Assembly: GCA_963837465.1 (NCBI GenBank)
Contig: CAWINB010000001.1
Location: forward strand, 369,929-433,928
From: Candidatus Doudnabacteria bacterium
GTDB taxonomy: Bacteria > Patescibacteriota > Doudnabacteria > UBA920
Reading direction: 5' to 3'
Length of the DNA stretch: 64,000 nt
Shown here one piece after another: positions 50,901 through 59,405 of this stretch (position 1 is its first letter; each line of letters starts with the position of its first letter). The position numbers were made by a program, and so were the translations under genes. Below the pieces are notes generated by a model. It made no database searches, was not told the DNA's origin, and saw only the letters and a list, made by a program, of their open reading frames with translations.

Positions 50901-53900
50901 CAGGCGCGTTGGGAGTGGCGCCGGTAACGTTAATCACCCAGTTATTTCCAACTCCTATGGTATTGCTGGAGGTGCCAAAGGTACTCATGGTCGCCGTAGA
51001 GCCGGTTACGGGAGTGCCGGTGGGGACTACCCCTTCGCTACCTGTAAGCGAAGGAGCGGCCGGAGAGGTGGCTGACTGCCCTAACTGCGGCGTTACGCTA
51101 AAATTCAGGGTGCCCGCGCTTACTGCCGAACTGCCGCTGGCAGCGCCAATTGTAAATTGCTCGCTCCAATTGCCTACTTGCTGATCGCCGACAGTTCCAG
51201 CCAATACCAACTTGCCGCCTTCAATAGTACCCATCTGGGTAGTAGTCTGGACACCATTTTGGATACTGGTGGCGAACACGGGAGTACCATCTTTAGTGCC
51301 GGCAGGAGCCGTAATAGTAATAGTCCAGTTATTGCCTACGGACAGGTTTGAATTATTGCCTGAGTCGGTGGAAAAACTAACATTGCTGCCCGAAGTACCG
51401 TTAACTACTGTAGGGGTAGCTTGGGCGCCGCTTGACGCAAGAGAATTATTAGCGGCTCCAAGTTGATTATAGGCCTGAACAAACAACTGAAAAACCGCCT
51501 GAGAGACCGGGGTCACGGTACCGGCATTATATGCCTGTAATTGAGAACTAAGACTGGCTAGATTTGAAGCCGTAATCGGCGGAATACCCGCTACCGAGTT
51601 ACCATTGGCATCAACAACAGTTACCGTCACGCTGCCGTTGCTGTTTTGGGTAATTTGGGTAGTAACACCTGCCGGGAGTGTTGCTGGGAGAGAAGGCGCG
51701 GTACCTATGGTACCGGACGACCCGCTCCCGGTGGCGCTGCCCACCGTACCCACGGTTAATTTCTGACTTTGTCCAATGCTGGCAATGGCCGATAAGGTGG
51801 CCTGGGAAATATTGGGATTAAGAGTGCCGTTAACGTAGCCTGAATAAGTGCCATTGGCGTTCTGGACGACCGTAACATCACCATTGATGGCGTTACCATT
51901 GGCATCTGTTCCTACATAAGCCAAAACTCCGGCAGTATTATTGACAGTGGAAGGAAATACTGTATATGGAGTGTTGTCGGTCACGCTACCGGCAGTAAGC
52001 GCGCTTTGGATTGCGGCAACTTGCGCGGCTGAAAATTGATTGGTAATATCAGCACCCGAAGAGTCTAAAATTCTTCCGGTGGAAGTTACGGTAAGAATTT
52101 GAGGTGTATTATTTACATTTATAGTTGCGGACAAACCTCCGCCAGAAACTTGAGTGACAGATGAACTAAGCGTAACAGTAGGATACGCAGTAGTGATGGA
52201 ACCAATACCACTAGCTCCAACAGTAACAGGCTGGCCGCTGGCAGTCGAGTAAGGGGAACCGCCGACCGGTACGTTGTAGTAAGGTGTACCATCGGAAAGA
52301 GTTCCGGCAGGAGTTAGATTTGCGTAAAGAAGCGGCTCGTCCCAGGAATTACTAGAAGCGTTGTAAGTCCATGTATTCCCGGAAGAATCCGTATAGGTTG
52401 CGCCATTGGCCGGGTTGGTTGGAAAAGTTGTTGAAGTTGCCGCAGTAACATTAACAGTCCGGCTTGTCGAAACTGTAGAGTCGTTCGGATCTGTATAGGT
52501 AATGATATAAGTGCCCGCGGGGGAACCGGCAGGGACAACGCCGCTGACCAAGGGAGTGCTACCATCGGAAATAGTGGCGTCGGGATCAGTAAAATACTGG
52601 CCGACAGTCAAGTTCATCACAGAATCACCATTTAATGTTATGGTGGGGGCGGCAGGGGCGGTAACAGTTACAGTCCTTGTTACTGGAGAAGCATTCGTAA
52701 AACTATAGGTAACGGTGTAAGTGCCTGGCTGACTAGTATTAACATTCCCGCTTCCTGTGATATCACTACTAATTTCATTGTCATTTTCATCATAGACGTT
52801 TGCGCCGGCATCCGCCCAAGTACCGCCTTGTTGAACCGTATCGTTGCCAGTATTTAATTTGATTGTGTAGGAAGCATCTTGGGTGGGGTCAGTAACATTA
52901 ACAGTCCGGCTTGTCGAAACTGTAGAGTCGTTCGGATCTGTATAGGTAATGATATAAGTGCCCGCGGGGGAACCGGCAGGGACAACGCCGCTGACCAAGG
53001 GAGTGCTACCATCGGAAATAGTGGCGTCGGGATCAGTAAAATACTGGCCGACAGTCAAGTTCATCACAGAATCACCATTTAATGTTATGGTGGGGGCGGC
53101 AGGGGCGGTAACAGTTACAGTCCTTGTTACTGGAGAAGCATTCGTAAAACTATAGGTAACGGTGTAAGTGCCTGGCTGACTAGTATTAACATTCCCGCTT
53201 CCTGTGATATCACTACTAATTTCATTGTCATTTTCATCATAGACGTTTGCGCCGGCATCCGCCCAAGTACCGCCTTGTTGAACCGTATCGTTGCCAGTAT
53301 TTAATTTGATTGTGTAGGAAGCATCTTGGGTGGGGTCAGTAACATTAACAGTCCGGCTTGTCGAAACTGTAGAGTCGTTCGGATCTGTATAGGTAATGAT
53401 ATAAGTGCCCGCGGGGGAACCGGCAGGGACAACGCCGCTGACCAAGGGAGTGCTACCATCGGAAATAGTGGCGTCGGGATCAGTAAAATACTGGCCGACA
53501 GTCAAGTTCATCACAGAATCACCATTTAATGTTATGGTGGGGGCGGCAGGGGCGGTAACAGTTACAGTCCTTGTTACTGGAGAAGCATTCGTAAAACTAT
53601 AGGTAACGGTGTAAGTGCCTGGCTGACTAGTATTAACATTCCCGCTTCCTGTGATATCACTACTAATTTCATTGTCATTTTCATCATAGACGTTTGCGCC
53701 GGCATCCGCCCAAGTACCGCCTTGTTGAACCGTATCGTTGCCAGTATTTAATTTGATTGTGTAGGAAGCATCTTGGGTGGGGTCAGTAACATTAACAGTC
53801 CGGCTTGTCGAAACTGTAGAGTCGTTCGGATCTGTATAGGTAATGATATAAGTGCCCGCGGGGGAACCGGCAGGGACAACGCCGCTGACCAAGGGAGTGC

Positions 53901-54717
53901 TACCATCGGAAATAGTGGCGTCGGGATCAGTAAAATACTGGCCGACAGTCAAGTTCATCACAGAATCACCATTTAATGTTATGGTGGGGGCGGTCGTGGT
54001 TTGAAGCGGGTCGTTCCAGGTATCAGTAGAAGCGTTGTAAGTCCATACAGTCCCGGAAGGATCAGTATAGGTATCACCATTGCTTGGATTGCTTGGAAAA
54101 TTTGCCAGATTGCTTTTACTAGTTCCTGTGCTAGGGTCAGTAGTCGTTACATCCAAAATCTGACTGTTGGGATCTGATGAAGCATAATAATTACCATCGG
54201 AGCCCAGGTAAACAGTGACTGCCGAGCCGTCACTGACATACCAAGCATTTGTAGGAGTGGTGCTAACGGTGACAGTATTAGGGTCAGTAGTTACACCGCC
54301 GCCATCCCCGCCGCCATCCCCGCCGCCGGAAGCGCCTTGGTCAGAAGCACCCGCGTCGCCGCTAGCGGCAAGCATCTCTTCTGCTTTAGCCTGCTTCGGG
54401 CCTATGGTATTTTGGTAAATGCCGCCGAAAATTTTATTTAACGTATCTTTTATTTTGGATGTGCGGGCTGTTTGCTCCTGGCTCTGCGTGCTGACAAACT
54501 GGGTATCCTGGGTTTTTGGCACTACTGCTCCAGCTCCCCCAAGCAGCGTAGCTCCCACGCCCAAGCCCGCGACCACTTTTTCCTGGGTTGTAATTTTTTT
54601 CTTATTTCGTTTTACGCGTTTTATTTTAACCTTATTCATGGGGTTTTTATAATGATTGGCTGGTGAATGTTTAGGCTCGTGCTTGCGAGTCTTCCCAGGA
54701 GGTTTTGTTTTAGGCAT
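47947..54717 (-). CDS. giant (2,256 aa) TM-anchored surface protein: basic cytoplasmic tail, single TM, tandem Ig-like (DUF5011-type and putative-Ig-type) domains, C-terminal LysM
   Basis: The N-terminus [17 protein letters not shown]...KRVKRNKKK is followed by the TM [19 protein letters not shown]. A 149-aa unit ([28 protein letters not shown]...[24 protein letters not shown] plus [69 protein letters not shown]) is repeated 3.5 times identically. Later regions such as [69 protein letters not shown] are putative Ig domains. The C-terminus is LysM: [31 protein letters not shown]...[10 protein letters not shown]. Confidence 0.85.
   Translation of the reverse strand: [2256 protein letters not shown]
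52440..54000. repeat. perfect tandem repeat, 447-bp unit x about 3.5
   Basis: Identical small ORFs recur in the track at a 447-bp period (52511/52958/53405 and 52879/53326/53773). The repeat lies inside the CDS and encodes two Ig-like domains per unit. Confidence 0.9.
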
Positions 54718-54787
54718 AGTTGTAATTTAGTATTTAAATTATACCATAAATCTTAATTTTGTATATAAACAGGATTAAAATTTACTT

Positions 54788-55770
54788 TTACCGCCACTCG
54801 CCGGAAATACTGTAGCGCAACGGGTGTTCCCATTGCCTCCATTGGGAGTAAAAATTCGCGGGCAGAAAGCCGGCGTCCGTTATTTCCTTAAAAACCGACA
54901 GGGTCAGCTTTTCCAAAAGCTCGTCGCACATATCCGTGCTTATAGCGGCGGCGCATTGCTCAACTAATTCCCTGTATGGCTTTAGCCCCGCTCTCTGCTT
55001 CGCCATAAGATACAAATTATGAGAGTCAAAAAAATAATTATGCCTCAAGCACAGCAATATCAAATTCAGCTTAACCAATTTGGCCCGCATAGGTATTATG
55101 CTCAAAGTATCTTTATAAGCCAAACGGCGGGCCAGGCGGGCCAGGATTTTCATCAGCTCCCAGCCGGTGAAAATAATTTTTTCTTTTAAAACTTCCGCCG
55201 GATAGCTGTTTAGGCGCTGTACCCTGCCGGGAAAAATATTTTTGGGGTCATACAAAGCGGCCGCTTCCGATAACGCGTGCAGTAAAAAATCGTTGTTCCA
55301 GGCCGCTTCCGAAAAAAGCGTTTCTTCCGGGTAGGAAAATGAAAAATCAATGGAATAGGCGTGCCAAAATTCGGCGGAGGCTTTCTGACATCCTGTTCGC
55401 GGGACCGCGAAAGCTGCGCCGGTAAAAATAAAAGCAGGTCGGCATCGCTGCCGATTATCATCTGTCCGCGCGCGGCCGAACCGTAAAGTATTAAAAGGCC
55501 TTGTCCGCGGGCAAAAGGCAATTTATCCAGCATTATCGGCACAAAAGATGCCTGAAGCGCTGCCGCAATTTCTTTTGAGGGTTTGCCGATAAAATCCGGG
55601 GCCTGAAAATTTAACATAGGATGTGGTTTAAAAAATAATTTCCGGCTGGCCGGTTTGGGAACAAATATTTTGTCGGATTTGCCGTCCATAAAATCTGCCG
55701 CGGTCCGGGCGATTTTTTTACCCGCTCGCCCAAGCTCCCCAGGCCGGCCATCGCTGTCCGCCATTGCCAA
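54788..55770 (-). CDS. nucleotidyltransferase-domain protein (Pol-beta superfamily, GlnE/DUF294-like) with an apparent frameshift near 55380..55400
   Basis: The upstream ORF (55210..55770) carries LYGSAARGQMIIGSDADLLLFLP, the GS...SDxD NTase motif, and then degenerates into junk. The downstream frame (54788..55255) is open much further upstream (..AEFWHAYSIDFSFSYPEETLFSEAAWNNDFLLHALSEAAALYDPKNIF) and is the plausible continuation. Confidence 0.55.
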
Positions 55771-55845
55771 TTCCGGCTAAACCGGCGGGGGCGAAACAAC
55801 GGCGGGTCAATTCCAAAGACGGTTATTTTCATATATCGCGTCGCG

Positions 55846-57138
55846 CTACATCCCCGCCATCTGCCAAACTTTTGCCGCCACGTCGCGCGGTCGGCCCAGG
55901 AGCGGATCGTGGTGGAGGTTAATAAAAGGCAGGGAGTTGACTTCTATAAAGCCGCAAATCTGATTTTTGTAAGATTGGGCGATATCGGGAATAATAAAAT
56001 CAAATCCCACCAACGGATCGCCCAGGGCCCGGGCAGCCTGTTCAAACAGCTTAAGATTATCCGGATGGCAAACATCAAACTCCTCGGCGGACGAGCCGCC
56101 GTAATTAACGCCGATTTTTTCGGACAGGTTAACTGTTTCGCCCGCTTTTGGGACAGATTGCAAACCAAGGCCCTGCCTGGATAAAAATAATTCCGCGGCC
56201 TCATCGGTCGCGATATTTTTTACGCCCGGATGAAGCGCCTGGTTTTTAATATCCGCCAGTTGGCTTATTGTATTATTCCCGTCCCCCGTTATTGTCGGCG
56301 GATCGCCGCGCAATACTCCCACGGTTTCAAAATTAACCGCGGCGCCGCGGTAAACAGGACCGAAAATTTGCCGCTCTATTATTACCCAGTGGCACAGCTG
56401 CTTGGCAATTTTAAAAGCTTGCGCCAAATCTTTTTCCGTACGGACAAATGTCGTGGTATGGCGGCCGCGGCTGCCTGCCCGCGGTTTAACAATTACGGCT
56501 GACTGCTGACTGCTGACTGCTGACTGCTGGATTTCCCTAAAAATTTTCCTGGCCTGGCTGAAATTCGTTGCCGATCCCCCTTTGGGAACCGGCAAACCGC
56601 GCTCCATCATAATCTGTTTAAACAACCACTTGTCGTCCATCAAATCCAGCAAGGGATTGCTGTAGCCCTCCGGCCGCGGCAGTCCGCTAAAGAGAATCGT
56701 GGAGTCGGCAGCTGACAGCCGACGGCTGACGGCTGCGTACGTATCAAAGGGCTTTCCGAATATCAGCAGCTCGGACATTTTAATCCCCCGCTTATCCGCC
56801 TCCTCCCACAAAACCTGTGCCCGGCGGACGGCGCATTTGGTCCGGTCATTTTGCCGGCTGATAATCTTTAACCGCTCCGCGGCAGCCAACGCGGCCAGGG
56901 AAACTTTTTGGTCCCAGGCTTTTTTTTTAATATAGCCGGTAAAGCGATTGTACAATACTTTTTGCCGCAAAGGCGTAAGAAGGATATTCAGGCTTTCGTT
57001 GTACCAGTAAAGCCGGTGCGGCACCGGATTGTTGCCGCAAAACCGGCAGGCGGTTTTTAACCCAGTATTTTTTTTCTTTTGATCCATAAAAAGGCCGAAG
57101 CCGCCGCGATAAGCGACCCATAAATTATTAAAGTCCAC
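55846..57138 (-). CDS. ATP-grasp domain protein resembling the N-terminal/ATP-grasp half of cyanophycin synthetase (no Mur-ligase domain)
   Basis: NLSEKIGVNYGGSSAEEFDVCHPDNLKLFEQAARALGDPLVGFDFIIPDIAQSYKNQICGFIEVNSLPF resembles the CphA ATP-grasp C-terminal region. VIVKPRAGSRGRHTTTF is an ATP-grasp K-loop-like motif. The true start may be internal, since the first ATG overlaps the neighbouring gene. Confidence 0.6.
   Translation of the reverse strand: MDFNNLWVAYRGGFGLFMDQKKKNTGLKTACRFCGNNPVPHRLYWYNESLNILLTPLRQKVLYNRFTGYIKKKAWDQKVSLAALAAAERLKIISRQNDRTKCAVRRAQVLWEEADKRGIKMSELLIFGKPFDTYAAVSRRLSAADSTILFSGLPRPEGYSNPLLDLMDDKWLFKQIMMERGLPVPKGGSATNFSQARKIFREIQQSAVSSQQSAVIVKPRAGSRGRHTTTFVRTEKDLAQAFKIAKQLCHWVIIERQIFGPVYRGAAVNFETVGVLRGDPPTITGDGNNTISQLADIKNQALHPGVKNIATDEAAELFLSRQGLGLQSVPKAGETVNLSEKIGVNYGGSSAEEFDVCHPDNLKLFEQAARALGDPLVGFDFIIPDIAQSYKNQICGFIEVNSLPFINLHHDPLLGRPRDVAAKVWQMAGM
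56497..56526. repeat. heptanucleotide microsatellite (GACTGCT x4) inside the ATP-grasp CDS
   Basis: The sequence is gactgctgactgctgactgctgactgctgg. It encodes QQSAVSSQQSAV. The unit length is not a multiple of 3. Confidence 0.7.
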
Positions 57139-57440
57139 GCGTTATCGTCATCCGAAGCAGCCCCGGCCTCCCCGGCCGCGGGCGGGGCGGCAGTAGCCGG
57201 GCTTCCGGAAGAACCGGCAGGTTGCCCGGCATTGCCGGATGACTCGTTGTAACCGCTTTCCCGCAGCTCTACATTATTGTTAAAGTTAGCCCGGACAAAA
57301 GGCGGCGGCGGCTGCAGCGGCTGCGGATGAGGCACCGTGCCGGGAATCGGGCGCGCCGCGTAGGCAGGGGTGAAGATGACAAAGGATAATAAAATTATGG
57401 CGGCAAGGTATTTCATAAAACGTAAATAAGATAACTTCAA
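57057..57440 (-). CDS. small secreted/membrane-anchored Pro-rich protein
   Basis: It has a signal peptide (MKYLAAIILLSFVIFTPAYAA), a Pro-rich stretch and a C-terminal TM plus KRKK anchor. Confidence 0.45.
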   Translation of the reverse strand: MKLSYLRFMKYLAAIILLSFVIFTPAYAARPIPGTVPHPQPLQPPPPFVRANFNNNVELRESGYNESSGNAGQPAGSSGSPATAAPPAAGEAGAASDDDNAWTLIIYGSLIAAASAFLWIKRKKILG

Positions 57441-57478
57441 ATTACCGCGGCATCATTTGTAATTTGGTATTTGTCATT

Positions 57479-58891
57479 TTAATTACTGCTCCAGCTAATC
57501 TGCTGATAACCCGAAGACGACAAAGGAAAGCTCGGCGGCGGGGAATACAATAAATAAGAGTCGTAGTTCTCGTACGTATTGGTGTATCCCGATACCACCG
57601 GTCCGTTGGTGCTGTTTACCCAGTTCCAGGTCCAGGTAGTGTTGCTGGCCAGGGTGCCGTAAACTGTAATTGAATTTTTAAGGCTGCCGGGGTAGTACCA
57701 GAGCTGATCAGCGCCGTTTTGGGCAATAAGCGCGGCGTCAATTTCCAGATTATTGGGCGACTCGTAAGTTACCAGAATATTCTGCTGGCCGATAAGCCCC
57801 AAGGAATTGGTGCCATCTTTGACCGCGTAGACAATATTGTTGGGGATCATAATGTTCGGAGCGGTTAACGAGTTATAAGGCAGCATGGCGGCCGCCACCA
57901 TAACCCGCCCTTTAACCGTCCCCTCCACCCAAACATTGTCTTCAATATAAATAATACCGTTGGCGGGAATTGGTATATTGTAAAGCAGGGTCCGGTTCTG
58001 ATAATCCAGGCTGTTGGTATGCGCGTTGCCGCTGGTATCATAACCTTCCGGCTCCCCTGCCACCAGCGAAGTCACCTTGTAAACATTTACCGTGCCGTTA
58101 TTTTGGAAAACCAGGGAATAGCCCTGGGCGTTGGAAGGCGGTAAAAACAAGCCTCCGCTTTGGGCGCTGCTCTGCAGCGCGGCTAAATTGGCGGTAATGG
58201 AAGAAAAGTCGGTATTGGGTACCGGAAACTGCCAAAAATTCCGGGTTGAGGTTGCCGCGCTCCCCCAAATGCCGTTTTGGGTGGAAGGGCAGGGCGGACT
58301 GCCGTAAATAGCCGCTTCGCAAGTGTAGGTGCTTTTAGCGGACATAATAGGCGCGTTAGCCGTGCCGTCAAAACGGACACCCCCGTTTGTAAAATATTCA
58401 CCGCTGACACTCTCGGTGCTGCCGATCCAGTCGTCGCTGTTGGCCAAAAACGCGTACTGGGCCAAGGAAGGAATGCCGTAGAGTACTGTAACCGTACGCG
58501 CGGCTTGCGGATCCGCCAGGGTGTAACCGGTGGACCGCACGGCGGTTATGGTTGAGCCAATGCTTGGCGGAGTAATAGTCAGGCTGAACCGGCCAATGGT
58601 TTGGCCGGTGCTCTGGTCCACGTAATTATGGACATACGGTCCGGGGGTGGTACTGGCGTTACCGTCCCAAAAATCAGAGGGAAAATTGGCCAGGTGCCAT
58701 TCATAATAATTAGTCCCGGCTTCGGCAATCTGAAAAGCCTGGTCGCTGGCAATGGTACTCCTGGTCACTCGCAATTCCAGGCTGGCCGAACTGAGCAATC
58801 CCACCATAACCAGGCTGAAAATAAAAATCATGATCACCATGTAGATGAGGATGGAGCCGGATTGGGGTTTTTCATTTAAGCATTTAAGCAT
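57479..58891 (-). CDS. PilX-like minor pilin / pilus tip-associated protein
   Basis: The N-terminal hydrophobic helix followed by SSASLELRVTRS matches the PilX_N pattern (..SSLELRMAGN). The 470-aa size and position in the minor-pilin operon fit the call. Confidence 0.6.
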   Translation of the reverse strand: MLKCLNEKPQSGSILIYMVIMIFIFSLVMVGLLSSASLELRVTRSTIASDQAFQIAEAGTNYYEWHLANFPSDFWDGNASTTPGPYVHNYVDQSTGQTIGRFSLTITPPSIGSTITAVRSTGYTLADPQAARTVTVLYGIPSLAQYAFLANSDDWIGSTESVSGEYFTNGGVRFDGTANAPIMSAKSTYTCEAAIYGSPPCPSTQNGIWGSAATSTRNFWQFPVPNTDFSSITANLAALQSSAQSGGLFLPPSNAQGYSLVFQNNGTVNVYKVTSLVAGEPEGYDTSGNAHTNSLDYQNRTLLYNIPIPANGIIYIEDNVWVEGTVKGRVMVAAAMLPYNSLTAPNIMIPNNIVYAVKDGTNSLGLIGQQNILVTYESPNNLEIDAALIAQNGADQLWYYPGSLKNSITVYGTLASNTTWTWNWVNSTNGPVVSGYTNTYENYDSYLLYSPPPSFPLSSSGYQQISWSSN

Positions 58892-58918
58892 AATAGCATT
58901 TAAGCATTATGGCACCGG
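58872..58918. repeat. left arm of the roughly 40-bp imperfect inverted repeat bracketing the four-helix-bundle cassette
   Basis: tcatttaagcatttaagcataatagcatttaagcattatggcaccgg pairs with the reverse complement of 59358..59398 (ccggtgctcccatgcttagatgcttctatgcttaaatgccc). It overlaps the first codons (MLKCLNE) of the PilX-like gene. Confidence 0.65.
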
Positions 58919-58955
58919 AACATTTAGCGTAGAAGCATCAAAGTATGAAAACATT

Positions 58956-59333
58956 CTAAGAGGTTGCCTCTTTAGATTTTTTAATGGCCTCAACTGCTTT
59001 CCAAAGCATTGCGCCTATTTCTTCCGACATTTGAAATCCCTCATTATATTCTTCCTCAGTTATCCAGTTCTCTTTAAAAGCAAAATAAAGAAGATACTTT
59101 GATTCCTTTAATGAACCGTAAGAAATTTCCCAAAAATTTATTTTTACCGCCAATCTTTGTCTGGCGTAACCTTCTATGAAATTCAAAATGACGGACAAAG
59201 TCGCTCTCCTAAATTGCGAATTTGCTCCATATAACTCTTCCTTAGGAAATTTTCTTGTAATTTTATACACGAGATGCGTATAAGTATCCATTTTATTTTT
59301 TAATGAATCTAAAAATGAGTCATTCTTTGCCAT
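58956..59333 (-). CDS. four-helix-bundle protein (23S rRNA intervening-sequence protein family)
   Basis: YKITRKFPKEELYGANSQFRRATLSVILNFIEGYARQR matches the family pattern ([26 protein letters not shown]). The protein is 125 aa. Confidence 0.8.
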   Translation of the reverse strand: MAKNDSFLDSLKNKMDTYTHLVYKITRKFPKEELYGANSQFRRATLSVILNFIEGYARQRLAVKINFWEISYGSLKESKYLLYFAFKENWITEEEYNEGFQMSEEIGAMLWKAVEAIKKSKEATS

Positions 59334-59357
59334 GCCATTTGTTTAAATGATTGTATA

Positions 59358-59398
59358 CCGGTGCTCCCATGCTTAGATGCTTCTATGCTTAAATGCCC
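59358..59398. repeat. right arm of the inverted repeat bracketing the four-helix-bundle cassette
   Basis: See the left arm at 58872..58918. Confidence 0.65.
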
Positions 59399-59405
59399 TA
59401 TGAAT

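Noticed and set aside
52440-54000. Possible CRISPR array suggested by perfectly regular identical repeats
   Set aside because: The repeat unit is 447 bp with no spacers. It lies in-frame inside a 6.8-kb CDS and encodes Ig-like domains. It is not a CRISPR array.
56715-56745. Second apparent repeat (gctgacagccgacggctgacggctg) in the ATP-grasp gene
   Set aside because: It is only a short imperfect direct repeat and falls below what I would call a microsatellite.
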